Shown: positions 10,313 through 20,198 of the stretch, in pieces
How positions within the stretch are numbered: position 1 is the first letter of the stretch
Layout: the number at the start of each line of letters is the position of its first letter
DNA from: Candidatus Uhrbacteria bacterium
Lineage (GTDB): Bacteria; Patescibacteriota; Patescibacteriia; UBA9934; GWF2-40-263
Length of the DNA: 64,000 nucleotides
NCBI GenBank assembly: GCA_016844925.1
Contig: JAERTI010000043.1
Location: forward strand, 2,386 to 66,385
Direction: 5' to 3'
The notes under the pieces: generated by a model
The model's input: the letters and a program-made list of their open reading frames with translations, nothing else
Told to the model about the DNA's origin: nothing
Databases searched by the model: none
Translations under genes and position numbers: made by a program

Positions 10313-10510
10313 CTAGCTGGCATCATCGAGCATGGACCAGGCTTTGTTATCCATCAGTTTTTTCTGAGCTTCCCAGGGGGTAAATACGCCAATAGGCTTG
10401 CCGTGTTTCATGATGACATAGCGCTTAAAGCCTTGTTGTTTTGTCACGCTTGCGAAATTACGCAGGAAGTCTCGGACGGATATGGGCTCCGTTTTGATAC
10501 TAGAAGCCAT
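10313..10510 (-). CDS. Phd/YefM-type antitoxin-like protein
   Basis: ISVRDFLRNF...YVIMKHGKPIGVFTP matches the Phd/YefM N-terminal pattern; no cognate toxin adjacent. Confidence 0.6.
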   Translation of the reverse strand: MASSIKTEPISVRDFLRNFASVTKQQGFKRYVIMKHGKPIGVFTPWEAQKKLMDNKAWSMLDDAS

Positions 10511-10552
10511 AGGTTTGAGGGGATCATGACTTACAAAACCATTCAATCATCC

Positions 10553-10583
10553 TGTCAGACATTTGTCAAACAATTGTCTGACA
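10553..10583. promoter_or_regulatory. inverted-repeat operator candidate upstream of the antitoxin-like gene
   Basis: TGTCAGACA...TGTCTGACA palindrome enclosing a minus-strand TTGACA. Confidence 0.45.
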
Positions 10584-10591
10584 AATAGTGG

Positions 10592-10618
10592 AAAGAAAAT
10601 CCCGAGCGAGGGCTCGGG
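10592..10618 (-). terminator. terminal half-element (hairpin A plus U-tract) ending the left array
   Basis: Minus strand CCCGAGC-cctc-GCTCGGG-A-TTTTCTTT; same stem as the array repeat but hairpin B is replaced by a T-run. Confidence 0.75.
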
Positions 10619-10633
10619 CGTACAGTGATCTCC

Positions 10634-10915
10634 TTAAGGGCTGTTCTGTTCGTCTACCTGTTTTTCGGCAGGGAGGCCCATGATGTACATCACGGCCGTG
10701 CATGACGGCACCGAATCGATGCCAACTTTTGAGAAGGCCTGTCGGTGAGTGATGATCTTGATGATCTCCCATCCCTCAGCAAGGAGCTGGTTCAGCACCT
10801 CTTCCGTCTTCTGGCTCGCGATGATCCGAGAGGGGCTTTGGTATTCGGTTCCTGCCGGCCGCACGTTTACCCTCAGGTTGGGGCCAGGGACATGCTTCAC
10901 TTTTACGTAACTCAC
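10634..10915 (-). CDS. cassette hypothetical protein (last in left array)
   Basis: ORF between repeat 10963 and the terminal hairpin. Confidence 0.55.
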   Translation of the reverse strand: MSYVKVKHVPGPNLRVNVRPAGTEYQSPSRIIASQKTEEVLNQLLAEGWEIIKIITHRQAFSKVGIDSVPSCTAVMYIMGLPAEKQVDEQNSP

Positions 10916-11108
10916 GATGAGTCCGGATTCACGAGCCTGGTAGCAGGTCGTGTGTTAGTTGGTTCCTCCATCTGACCGTCCGTCATCGACGGCGGGTCAG
11001 ATGGAGTCCCGAGCGTTTGCTTAGACTCCGAATCGTAAATATCGAGAGTCTTGAGCGGTTGGCTCGGGGATCCCGCGTTGCGGGTCAGTTTTGGAGGCTG
11101 GCTCCAGC

Positions 11109-11738
11109 CTACTTGGAGGTAGGAGTCGTCTGTGGGCGGCAGAACACCCACTGCTTATCACCCCGCGACTTGATGTCGGGGCCGAAGAAGCTTGTGCTCA
11201 GGAAGCGCCTGTCGCGACGACGGCCCACAAGGAAGACCTTCAGGTTGCTTTCAATGTCCCTGAGGGGCTCCATAGCGATGAAGCGTATTTCGTCCACTGG
11301 CTGGTCGGGGTAGGCAAGACGAAGGGCCGGGCCAACTTCCGCAGGGCACAAGTCGAGCCCCAAGGCCTTGCTGGCCTTGTAAACCTGTCTCGTGGTCGCT
11401 CCTTTAGGAAAACCTAGTTCCACTGCAGTGAGCGAGACCAGCTCGACCTGTGTCGGCTTCGAGGCGCAGGGGGTTCTCTTCAGCAGGTCATCCGCCCAGT
11501 GGCTGGTGACGAAACCAGACTGATTGAAGGCCCGACGATAGGCTCGTCGGTTCTGATGCTGGCCTAAGGTGATGGTCCGCCAGGTGAGAGGTTTCTCCCA
11601 GGGGTTTTTCTTGAGCAAGAACCGTTTAAGAGCCACGAGCCACACACGCCCGTCAGGTCCTGCCAGCTTGTTTTCCAGGTCCAGTCGAGTCTCCTGGACC
11701 TCACTGAGTTCGAGCATGCCGAGCATGCCTTGAGACAT
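11109..11738 (-). CDS. cassette protein, 'LGLxLCPAEVGPxLR' family; paralog of 25186..25776
   Basis: GAAAGGAG SD; NPW...TWRTITLG...VELV...ELGF...GAT shared with the paralog. Confidence 0.75.
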   Translation of the reverse strand: MSQGMLGMLELSEVQETRLDLENKLAGPDGRVWLVALKRFLLKKNPWEKPLTWRTITLGQHQNRRAYRRAFNQSGFVTSHWADDLLKRTPCASKPTQVELVSLTAVELGFPKGATTRQVYKASKALGLDLCPAEVGPALRLAYPDQPVDEIRFIAMEPLRDIESNLKVFLVGRRRDRRFLSTSFFGPDIKSRGDKQWVFCRPQTTPTSK

Positions 11739-11956
11739 AACCGGCTCCTTTCTCCAGCGGCACCCCGCTGGTGGGGAGGGTGTTTGTTCCTCCACCCCTC
11801 ATCTCGACAAGGTCGAAATGACAGATGGAGTCCCGAATCGCGTATCGATTCAGGAAGCTTTCCCCACATCCGCTGCATCTATAAAGACAGATGCCCGAAC
11901 GAACATGGGGGGACAAGGATTAGGGGAGGTCCGTATTTACCTTCAGGAAGCCTGCG

Positions 11957-12511
11957 CTAGACAGAAGCCTCCTGGGATGTCTTGGGTCTACGCCAGCGCA
12001 GCAGCTTGAGCAGCCGCTCATGCGAGATGGCACCAGTGTCCCAGGCGCGAGTGAACCAGTCACCGGCACCTTTGCCACCGAGCAAATATCCCTCAGGACA
12101 CCGCGCTGTTCCTTGTGACCACATTCCTCGAAGAGCGGTTTGGTTCTGTAGCGCCTGCAGCAGATGCGCACGTCGCTCGGGACACGAAGCGTCCCAGATC
12201 TGCAGCAGCGGCGGAAGGAAACGCTGCACTGCCAGAATGGTTCCGGAGATTCTCGCCCTTCGAAAGTTGGCCTTATGCAGGTTCGTCCCGTACAGACGCG
12301 CTTTACGCAGGTCCGCACCATAGAGGTCCGCACCGTACAGGTTCGCACCATACAGGTTCGCCTCAGACAGGTCCGCTCCGCGCAGGTCTGTTCGAGATAG
12401 GTTGAGTTGAACCCCTGGGTTTGCTTTTCGCCAGGTGGCGATGACTCGTTTGCCACCTACGGCCCGGATTTGTTCCATTAGGTTCTTCTTGTTGTACTTC
12501 GTCATGGCCAT
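11957..12511 (-). CDS. pentapeptide-repeat protein, C-terminal type 1
   Basis: A(D/N)LxG repeats; C-terminus GTIL...PPLLQIWD...CPEGYLL...FTRAWDT. Confidence 0.85.
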   Translation of the reverse strand: MAMTKYNKKNLMEQIRAVGGKRVIATWRKANPGVQLNLSRTDLRGADLSEANLYGANLYGADLYGADLRKARLYGTNLHKANFRRARISGTILAVQRFLPPLLQIWDASCPERRAHLLQALQNQTALRGMWSQGTARCPEGYLLGGKGAGDWFTRAWDTGAISHERLLKLLRWRRPKTSQEASV

Positions 12512-12702
12512 GGGGCCACCTCTGGTTCACGAGCCTGTTAGCAGGCCGTATGTTGCTGTTCCTCCATCTCTCATCTCGACCGGAGTCAAAACAAGGGATG
12601 GAGTCCCGAGCCGTATGCTCGGGCCGTTCCCTCTCAAGTGAATTAGAACTGGTCTTTGTATTACCACGATCCTAATTCCGTCCATGAGATGGGGTGTGGG
12701 AG

Positions 12703-13011
12703 TTACCTTGTGTTCTCAATCAGATACATGGCTGTAAACCAACTAGCACCCGTGAGGATCCAGATGAAGGTGAAAACCCAGCCAATCTTTTTCATGCCCT
12801 TCCAGACAAGATCTGCCACCCCCCAGAAGAGGTAGAAAGAGTTTGCTGTCACCAGTGGGAGCAGTAGTAGTGGAAGGGTCCACTGCTCAGCAACGCTTTT
12901 CTCGTTGATGAACGTGAGCTTGTGCATCTCCAGCACAAGGGTCATGAATCCGACGATGCTCAGCATCATTTGGACACTCACCCAAGCAAGTTCTTTTCGA
13001 TGACGCTTCAT
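12703..13011 (-). CDS. small membrane protein (about 3 TM)
   Basis: Hydrophobic segments; GAAAGG upstream; fills one inter-repeat unit. Confidence 0.65.
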   Translation of the reverse strand: MKRHRKELAWVSVQMMLSIVGFMTLVLEMHKLTFINEKSVAEQWTLPLLLLPLVTANSFYLFWGVADLVWKGMKKIGWVFTFIWILTGASWFTAMYLIENTR

Positions 13012-13247
13012 CTCGTGCCTTTCTGCGGCTTGACTGACCGCACCCACCTTGGTCCAATCCAAGGTGGTTTTCTGTTGAAGATCGATTCCTCCATCTCCTC
13101 TCTCGACCGGAGTCAAAACAGAGGATGGAGTCCCGAATCGCGTATTCGATTCAGGATTTCGTGCCCACAGCCGCTGTTCGTGATTCGCCTCTGACCAAGC
13201 TGGTCAATGAACGAACGGGAACGGATGTGGGGGTTCTTGCGACCGGT

Positions 13248-13709
13248 TTAGTCGCTGTTGCGCATGCGGATGCACACCTCGGGCACATCGGTTGTTGCGC
13301 AGATCGTCACAGATACCTTCTTACCGGTGGCTGCCAGTTCGATGGTGATCGGTGGGAAACGTACGTCATACCCATCGTCAACATCGACGAGAGTTGCTTG
13401 GCAGAACTCCTCGTGAGTGATCGTCTTGATCAGGATCAGGTTCAGTGCCTCCTGAGGAGAGACAAGGATCACGTCGAGTTGATCCAGTCCTGGGCCACCG
13501 TCCTCCATCATCGAGATGTGGGTGGTCAGTTGGCCGTGCGTTGCCCTCAGATCTTCTTCGTTCACACGGATGAAGAAGCCGATGTCCACGCAGATGTCGT
13601 CTCCGAAGATGGCTCCACGCTTGCCAAGGATTTCGAAGACCTCTCCGTTGGTTTTGGCCAGGCCTTCGCCCAGCACAAACGTCCACTTGAATTCACTGTC
13701 CGTCAACAT
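13248..13709 (-). CDS. cassette hypothetical protein
   Basis: AGGAG SD; fills one inter-repeat unit. Confidence 0.65.
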   Translation of the reverse strand: MLTDSEFKWTFVLGEGLAKTNGEVFEILGKRGAIFGDDICVDIGFFIRVNEEDLRATHGQLTTHISMMEDGGPGLDQLDVILVSPQEALNLILIKTITHEEFCQATLVDVDDGYDVRFPPITIELAATGKKVSVTICATTDVPEVCIRMRNSD

Positions 13710-14031
13710 GACATTCTCCTACGGGTATTCCTCCCCGCAAAGGTCACACGGGTTGTGTGAAATTGTGAGCGAGTGCTCACTAATCCATACGCAAGGATTT
13801 ACGTACGGATCAGTGCTCTCGGTTCATATGAGCTGTGGAGCTTCTGTTTTAGTGCTGTTCCTCCATCTCGCGCCTCGACGGCTGTCGAAACAAGGGATGG
13901 AGTCCCGAGCTGCGTGAGCGCTCTAGAGACTCCTTTGCCAGTCTTTTTCCCTGGCAGGGTCTCGAGCCGTGCTCGGGAAGTGGTCGCTATTAGCGATAAG
14001 TACCAGGGTTCGTTGTTCCTGGTTCGGTTTT

Positions 14032-14487
14032 TTACTTCTCCTTTTGGAAGTTTGTCTGGTAGCCACAGGCGATGGCGGCCACCAAGATTGAAGGATTGAG
14101 TCCCCAGCAAGTTTCGAGTTCCTTGCAGGTGGCCCACATGGTTGCAGGCTGGTCCAGCGTTGTTTTGCTGAAAGTTGTTTCATACAGGGACGCCCCACTC
14201 AGGTCTGCCTCAGTCAGGTCCGCCCCAATCAGGTCTGCTGCTTCCAGGTCCGCTCCAGCAAGGTTCGCGTCTTTGAGATTTGCCCCGTTCAGACGCGCGG
14301 CACACAAGAATGCTCTTCTCAGGTCTGTCCCACGGAGGTTCGCTCCGCTCAAGATCATCCAACCCATGTTCACCCCAGCCAAGTCTGCATAGGAGAGGTT
14401 TAGTTGGATCCCTGGATTCGCTAGTTGCCAAGCACGGAGGGTTACATTCCCTTTTTTCACAAGGGCGACATGTTCACGATTGGCCAC
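14032..14487 (-). CDS. pentapeptide-repeat protein, C-terminal type 2
   Basis: VANREHV..., A(D/N)L repeats, WATCKELETCWGL...ACGY. Confidence 0.85.
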   Translation of the reverse strand: MANREHVALVKKGNVTLRAWQLANPGIQLNLSYADLAGVNMGWMILSGANLRGTDLRRAFLCAARLNGANLKDANLAGADLEAADLIGADLTEADLSGASLYETTFSKTTLDQPATMWATCKELETCWGLNPSILVAAIACGYQTNFQKEK

Positions 14488-14586
14488 AGACCAATCCCCC
14501 TTTCTTCCTGGGTCCACCAGGTTAGTGAGCTTTCGCTCGGGTTGATAAGATCTTCCTCCATCTCACCGTCCGTCTTAGACGGCAGG

Positions 14587-14721
14587 TCAGATGGAGTCCC
14601 GAATCTGCGTTCTAGATTCAGGAATTCGTTTCCCACATGACGCTGCACCTGTAAGGACAGGTACCCAAACGTCTGTGGGTGTGTGTTTGAGTTTGATGAG
14701 CCAGTTCCTGTCCATAGCCAT
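14587..14721 (-). pseudogene. near-empty cassette: SD plus a few start codons running into the trailer hairpins
   Basis: GAAAGGAG-ATG GCT ATG GAC AGG (MAMDRNWLIKL) and then directly trailer sequence; only ~200 bp between repeats. Confidence 0.55.
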
Positions 14722-15005
14722 GGACACTCCTTTCTACCGCTTTACGGGCGGCGTTCACAGGGGTTCTAGCTCCTGTGGGTGTGGGTTGTCTCCGGCGTGC
14801 CGGAGTGTGATGAACTTCTGGAGAATCATTCCTCCATCTCAGAGAGCTAGTAGCTGATGGCTAAAAGCTAATCGTTCTCTAGGATAGAGTCCCGAATCGC
14901 GTATTCGATTCAGGAAGTCTCTCCCACAACCGCTGTTCGTGATTCGCCTCTGACCGAGCTGGTCAACGAACGAACGGGAACGGACGTGGGATGTATGTGT
15001 GTTTT

Positions 15006-15769
15006 TATTCGAGCAGGTCACACGCCTGCGTGAACGTTTTGAAACGGCGCCATCTCAGAAGCTACTTGTGAGAGATAATTCCGTTGTCGCAGATTCAGGT
15101 GAAGTCATTTCATGTGCCATCGCCATCGAGTAGGTAGCCTTCCGGACACTTGTCCGTCGCTGTTTTTGACCACAAATCTTGCAGTGCCATACCATGATAG
15201 CGCAAGCTCACGATGAGCTGTCCGCGACGTTCTAGACACAAGCTGTCCCAGAGTTGCAGCAGTGGAGCTAGGAATGTCTTCACATCTAGGATGGTGCCAC
15301 CGATACGAGCATTTTCGAGGTCCGCTCCATTCAGGGCTGCCCCGCTCAGTTTCGCCTCGCGCAGGTCCGCTCCATTCAAGGCTGCCCCGTCCAGTTTCGT
15401 CTCGCGCAAGTCCGCCCTGCGCAGGTCCACCTCATTCAGGGTTGCCCTTTCCAGGTTTGCCATATACAAGTGCGTAGAGCGTAGGTCCGCCCCATTCAGT
15501 TTGGCCTCGCGCAGGTCCGCACCGCTCAGGTACGACCGGGGCATGTACGCACCGCGCAGGTCCGCCTCGCGCAGGTCCGCCTCGCGCAGGTCCACCCCGT
15601 CCAGTTTCGTCTCGCGCAGGTCCGCCCCGCGCAGGTCCGCATTGAACAGGTTGATCGAGTAAAGTTTGGCGCCATGCAGGTCCAGGCGGACCCCTGGGTT
15701 CTCTTCTCGCCACTTTGCAATAGCATCTGTTCTTCGTCGCACCACGGCGACGTGATCAGGATTGGCCAT
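15006..15769 (-). pseudogene. pentapeptide-repeat protein type 1 with a decayed C-terminus (open to 15110)
   Basis: Beyond the TGA at 15110 the frame continues NDFT*ICDNGIISHK*LLRWRRFKT, homologous to the tail of 11957..12511. Confidence 0.75.
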
Positions 15770-16005
15770 GGACCAGAACCCCTTTTCTTCCTGGATCCGC
15801 CAGGCCGGCCAGCAAAGCTGGTGGGTAAAAGATCATTCCTCCATCCCAGACAGCTAGTAGCTGATAGCTAACGGCTATAGCTAATCGCTATCTAAGATGG
15901 AGTCCCCGTCCCTCGATGGATAGCGAGGGGACCGGGCAGGCCGAGCCGTAGCGCTCGGGTGTCCCTCCTCTGGGCGGATTCCCAGGGGAGGAGGTGTTGT
16001 TGAGA

Positions 16006-16545
16006 CTAGCTGTTTGTGCTCTCGGGCTTGTACCCGCCCGCGACAGCGTCAGTGTAGAGGCCGTGGGGAAGTCCCCAACAGGTCTCCAGGTTCTTGCAGG
16101 TGGCCCACATGCTCACAGGTTGGTTCATCTTCGCCCCGGACAGGTTCGCCCCGGACAGATTCGCCCAGGACAGGTTCGCCCCGGACAGGTTCGCCTCGCG
16201 CAGGTCTGCACCGTGCAGGTTCGACCCGGACAGGTTCACCCCGCTCAGGTCCACCTCGTTCAGGTCCGCTTGGCGCAGGTCCGCTTGGCGCAGGTTCGTA
16301 CCGGCCAGGTGTGCCCAGCGCAGGTCTGCACCGTGCAGGTCCGACCCGGACAGGTCGGTACGGGCCAGGTGTGCCCAGCGCAGGTCTGCACCGTGCAGGT
16401 CCGACCCGGATAGGTTCGCCCCGCGCAGGTCTGCACCGCACAGGTCCAGATGGGCTTCCGGGTTCTCGCGCTTCCAGGTGGAGATGACTTTCTTGCCGTT
16501 GCCGGCCTGAATGCCTTCGATGACGTTCTGGATAGTCATGGCCAC
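16006..16545 (-). CDS. pentapeptide-repeat protein, C-terminal type 2
   Basis: GADLR/ANLSG repeats with internal DNA duplications; WATCKNLETCWGL. Confidence 0.87.
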   Translation of the reverse strand: MAMTIQNVIEGIQAGNGKKVISTWKRENPEAHLDLCGADLRGANLSGSDLHGADLRWAHLARTDLSGSDLHGADLRWAHLAGTNLRQADLRQADLNEVDLSGVNLSGSNLHGADLREANLSGANLSWANLSGANLSGAKMNQPVSMWATCKNLETCWGLPHGLYTDAVAGGYKPESTNS

Positions 16546-16783
16546 GGGGCCACTCCTCTCTGCAGCTTGACTTGCCGCATCCACCTGAGGATTCCAGTCC
16601 TCGGTGGGGTTGTGTGGAAAGATCGTTCCTCCATCTCCTCTCTCGACCGGAGTCGAAACAGGGGATGGAGTCCTGAATCGCGTATCGATTCAGGGGTTGT
16701 CTCCCACCTTCGCTGCTTCCCTTTGCCTCTGACCGAGCTGGTCAACGAGGAAGCTTGAACGAATGTGGGATCTGTACACAGTG

Positions 16784-17773
16784 CTATGCCTTTACGGCAA
16801 GCATGTAGTGCTCGCTGATATCCTCTTCGAGGAAGAGAATGTTCTTGGTCCAGGCATCGCCATTGTAGTACAGGTATTCCACACCCCTAGACGTGCTGAA
16901 ACCTGCGCTGTTCTGAGTCTGAAAAATGGTTCCAGCAAACAAGATGCTCGTCATCGGTTCGCTTTTCCATCGCTCAGGAATCAGTTCCGGATGCTCGAGC
17001 AGATGATCCAAGACCCTGGCGTTCAACCACGGCTTATCGACCATGAGTTCAAGAGCTTTTTCAAGTGGTCGCCCAACGTGGGCCTTCATGAAGAAGAGGG
17101 CCATCCCGTTTGAGGTGCACCGGACGATGCCATTGAATCGCTTTTCGTGCTCTGTGAAGCCGTCCCGCTGGCGGCACGGCTTATCTGCATCGACAAGCTC
17201 AACGCGCGTCAGCAGGTCATTGTGTCGGTCGATGAGGATCATGAAATCCCATTGACTCCTGCAAATGCGCACCTCGATCTTGTGAGCGGTCGATCCATCG
17301 AGGTTCATTTCGGGGATCAACTGCACCAGTCCTGGCTGCAACAAAGTGGCTTGAGAGAGCAGTTGTTCCAAAGAGGGAAACTGCATTGAGCCGTGCACCC
17401 AATTTGGACGCGCCGCTGTCTTTGGCTTCTCCATCCGCTCCAGGTGTTGGGACAGAAGTCGGATGGCTGCCACCTCAGAGAGGGTAACGATCAGGTTCAG
17501 TCCCAATGAAGGTGATTTCTCCTCCTTCGACATGCGTGCTTTGACGACGCGATTGAGGACGTCTGCAAACGATTCGAGTTCGAGCAAGGGAGTCCAGCAA
17601 TCAGTTGCCGGTGCATCCCACGGAACTCCCCTGCGAAGGTTCAGTTCACCTGAGGTGTGCAAGAACAAACGTTCTTGTTCGGGGTGATAGAAGCCGCTTG
17701 TCTCGAAGATGGTCCAGACACCCATGCGGTACTTGATGTTTTCCTGAGCACCTGAGAGTGCGCTTTTGAACAT
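16784..17773 (-). CDS. cassette protein with C-terminal 'LIPExWK..F.GT..YLY' domain
   Basis: AAAGGAGG SD; VLDHLLEHPELIPERWK...ILFAGTIF...YLYYNGDAW shared with three other array genes. Confidence 0.75.
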   Translation of the reverse strand: MFKSALSGAQENIKYRMGVWTIFETSGFYHPEQERLFLHTSGELNLRRGVPWDAPATDCWTPLLELESFADVLNRVVKARMSKEEKSPSLGLNLIVTLSEVAAIRLLSQHLERMEKPKTAARPNWVHGSMQFPSLEQLLSQATLLQPGLVQLIPEMNLDGSTAHKIEVRICRSQWDFMILIDRHNDLLTRVELVDADKPCRQRDGFTEHEKRFNGIVRCTSNGMALFFMKAHVGRPLEKALELMVDKPWLNARVLDHLLEHPELIPERWKSEPMTSILFAGTIFQTQNSAGFSTSRGVEYLYYNGDAWTKNILFLEEDISEHYMLAVKA

Positions 17774-17940
17774 CTGTATCCTCCTTTGTGACATGCCCTG
17801 TCACATGGGCGAGCTTATGCTCGAGTAAAAAGATCTTCCTCCATCTCCTCTCTCGACCGGAGTCGAAATAGGGGATGGAGTCCCGAGCGCAAGCGTTCAG
17901 GACCCCGTCTTGGGTCCAAGCCGCTTGGCTCGGGTTCGTT

Positions 17941-18654
17941 TCAGTCTCCCAGAGAGGGAGGTTCCAGCGAGAGCTGGTCCACGCGCCCGATGTACGGACT
18001 GTGGAACTCGGCCGCGCGGTCGAGTTGCTCGCGCCAGTACTTGTCGTCCTCGATGACCAGGCGCGTCATGAGCGTCGAGTAGATGTCCCAGAACCGGTCT
18101 TCGGTCATGCCGCGACTCGCCATGCCCGCCAGCAAGCGCAGGAGGGTGATGAAGCTCCAGTAGCCCGAGATCGTCCAGATGACGATCCAGAGGTGCGTGT
18201 TGTGCCCCAGAGGTTCATTGAGTTTGGTGAGGAGGATCATCACGGTGGTGAACCAGATGGACATCGGCAAGCTCCGCCACAGGATGAACCACTTGGTCTG
18301 TCGCTCTGCCGTCTTCTTGAAGGACGCCTGTTGACTCACGAAGGAGGGGAGTCCGTACTGAGCGGTGTCGACCATCTCACGCATGGCCGCGATAATCGGG
18401 TACTGGATTCCACGTGCGTGGTTGTCCATGAACCCGAGGATGATGCTGTAGTCCCGCCCTTTCTCGATCATCTCCTTGATCTCGGGGATGTCGAAGTGCA
18501 GGGCGAAGCCACGGGTCAGGACCAGTCCCACCCGGTAGATGAGGTGTCCCAGCGTTCCGGTGACCAGCAGGACCAGGATGACCCAGCCCAACGGCTCGGG
18601 AATGCTCGGGAGCGCCTCGAGCAGCTGCTCGTAGTAACGGTTGAAGGTATCCAA
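17941..18654 (-). CDS. membrane protein (about 3 TM); start uncertain (TTG)
   Basis: Hydrophobic helices; start placed downstream of repeat 18711-18818. Confidence 0.65.
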   Translation of the reverse strand: MDTFNRYYEQLLEALPSIPEPLGWVILVLLVTGTLGHLIYRVGLVLTRGFALHFDIPEIKEMIEKGRDYSIILGFMDNHARGIQYPIIAAMREMVDTAQYGLPSFVSQQASFKKTAERQTKWFILWRSLPMSIWFTTVMILLTKLNEPLGHNTHLWIVIWTISGYWSFITLLRLLAGMASRGMTEDRFWDIYSTLMTRLVIEDDKYWREQLDRAAEFHSPYIGRVDQLSLEPPSLGD

Positions 18655-18829
18655 GGTGCTTCTCGACTTTCTCCAGCGAACCCCGCTGGCGGGTTTGGTT
18701 GAAGCGGTTGCTCCATCTCCCGTCTCGACCGAAGTCGAAGCGGGGGATGGAGTCCCGAACGTACAAGTGCCGGTTACTCCACCCAACGAGGTGTTGGTGG
18801 GTTCCGGTGTCGTTCGGGTCGTTGTGATC

Positions 18830-19330
18830 CTAGGCGGATCGGTTGCGGTCGGGGTATCCGGCCGCGACGGCATCGCTGAGGAGGCCGTAGGGCAGGTTCT
18901 TGGCGAACTCCAGGTTCAGGGTCCTTGCCCACATGTGCGGGCTGATCCCCTTCAGGATAGCCCCATCGAAGTCGGTGCTGTACAGGTTGACTCCTTCGAG
19001 ATTCGCTCTCGTGAGATCCGCCCCGGAGAGGTCCGCCTCACGGAGGATGGCACCCTGCAAGTAGGCCTGAGCCAGGTTTGCGCCCTGCAGTCTCGCGCCC
19101 TGGAAGTTGGCCTGGGCGAGATTTGCACAAGAGAAGTCCGCCTCCTGCAGGTGGCTGAATCGGAAGTCTGCACGACAGATGCGCTGCCCCGGGAGCTTGA
19201 TTGCCCCCAGCTGCATTCCTGCCAGCACCGCACTGTCCAGATCGAAGCTTCCTTCAGCGCGACGACTCATCCATTGCTGAATCGCCACCGGTCCGCTGCG
19301 GACGATGGCGACGTGTTCGGAGTTGGCCAT
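18830..19330 (-). CDS. pentapeptide-repeat protein, C-terminal type 2-like
   Basis: MANSEHV..., ANLAQANFQGA repeats, DAVAAGY tail. Confidence 0.87.
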   Translation of the reverse strand: MANSEHVAIVRSGPVAIQQWMSRRAEGSFDLDSAVLAGMQLGAIKLPGQRICRADFRFSHLQEADFSCANLAQANFQGARLQGANLAQAYLQGAILREADLSGADLTRANLEGVNLYSTDFDGAILKGISPHMWARTLNLEFAKNLPYGLLSDAVAAGYPDRNRSA

Positions 19331-19553
19331 AAGGCCCTTTCTGCCGGCGATGCCGGTCTCGGGTTAGACGCGCAAGACGTCCCTTCCCGATTTTAGGCGG
19401 AGGCTCATTCCTCCATCTCCCGTCTCGACTGGGGTCGAGGTGGGGGATGGAGTCCCGAGCCGCGTATGCGTCGAGTCTCCCATACCGGTTATACCCGGTG
19501 AGTCTCGAGCGATGGCTCGGAAATGAACAGCGGTTGTGCTGTTAGTCGTTGGG

Positions 19554-20198
19554 TTAGTCTTCCCGCAGGACCAGGGAGTCGCAATTTGATGGCCAGTGTT
19601 CGTGGAGCCATTGCTTGCCCCAAGTCCAGATTGGCTTGCCAGAAGTGTCATGACCCCAGGTGAGGTACCGGACGAACAAGAGGTCGTCGCACTGGTAGAC
19701 CGTTCCCCAGAAGACGGTTTTCTTGAACGGAGCTTTCTTCTGGCTGTAGGGAACGTATTTCCAGTCGTTCGGAATCAAGACCGGGTACTTCAGCAAAAAG
19801 TCCAGAATGCAGCTGTTGGGAGTTTCAAACTTCCTATAGGCATCCTGTAGATCCAGACCGGTGGCAGCTTGGCCTGTGGCCGGGTTTAGTCTCCGATCGA
19901 AGTAGTGGTTGAATGCGCTTGGATCCCAGTAACGCATCTCCCACTGATTGTGAAACGCGATGCTGCAGCCCGTGATGGGCATGGGTTCTGCGTTCTGGTC
20001 GATCGGAATGCCGTATCCAGGCAGGAGGACGCGACCGTTGCGAACTTGTCGAAGAGTGTCTTGAACGAGTTGGAGATCAAGATCGCCATTTCTGACACTG
20101 TTGAAGATCTGGTTCAGGTGCGCCTCAACGCGGTCAAGCGAGGGGTGCAAGAGTTCGAGTAGTTCTTCAGGAATATCACCGGAAGGATCACTCATCAT
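19554..20198 (-). CDS. 'LIPxxWK..FWGT..VRYL' family protein
   Basis: GAAAGGGAG SD; ILDFLLKYPVLIPNDWK...FWGTVY...VRYLTW. Confidence 0.75.
   Translation of the reverse strand: MMSDPSGDIPEELLELLHPSLDRVEAHLNQIFNSVRNGDLDLQLVQDTLRQVRNGRVLLPGYGIPIDQNAEPMPITGCSIAFHNQWEMRYWDPSAFNHYFDRRLNPATGQAATGLDLQDAYRKFETPNSCILDFLLKYPVLIPNDWKYVPYSQKKAPFKKTVFWGTVYQCDDLLFVRYLTWGHDTSGKPIWTWGKQWLHEHWPSNCDSLVLRED

Noticed and set aside
15006-15112. TGA=Gly recoding (genetic code 25)
   Set aside because: One TGA aligns to Arg and a TAG is also present; TGA terminates epmA, recA and pyrE normally.
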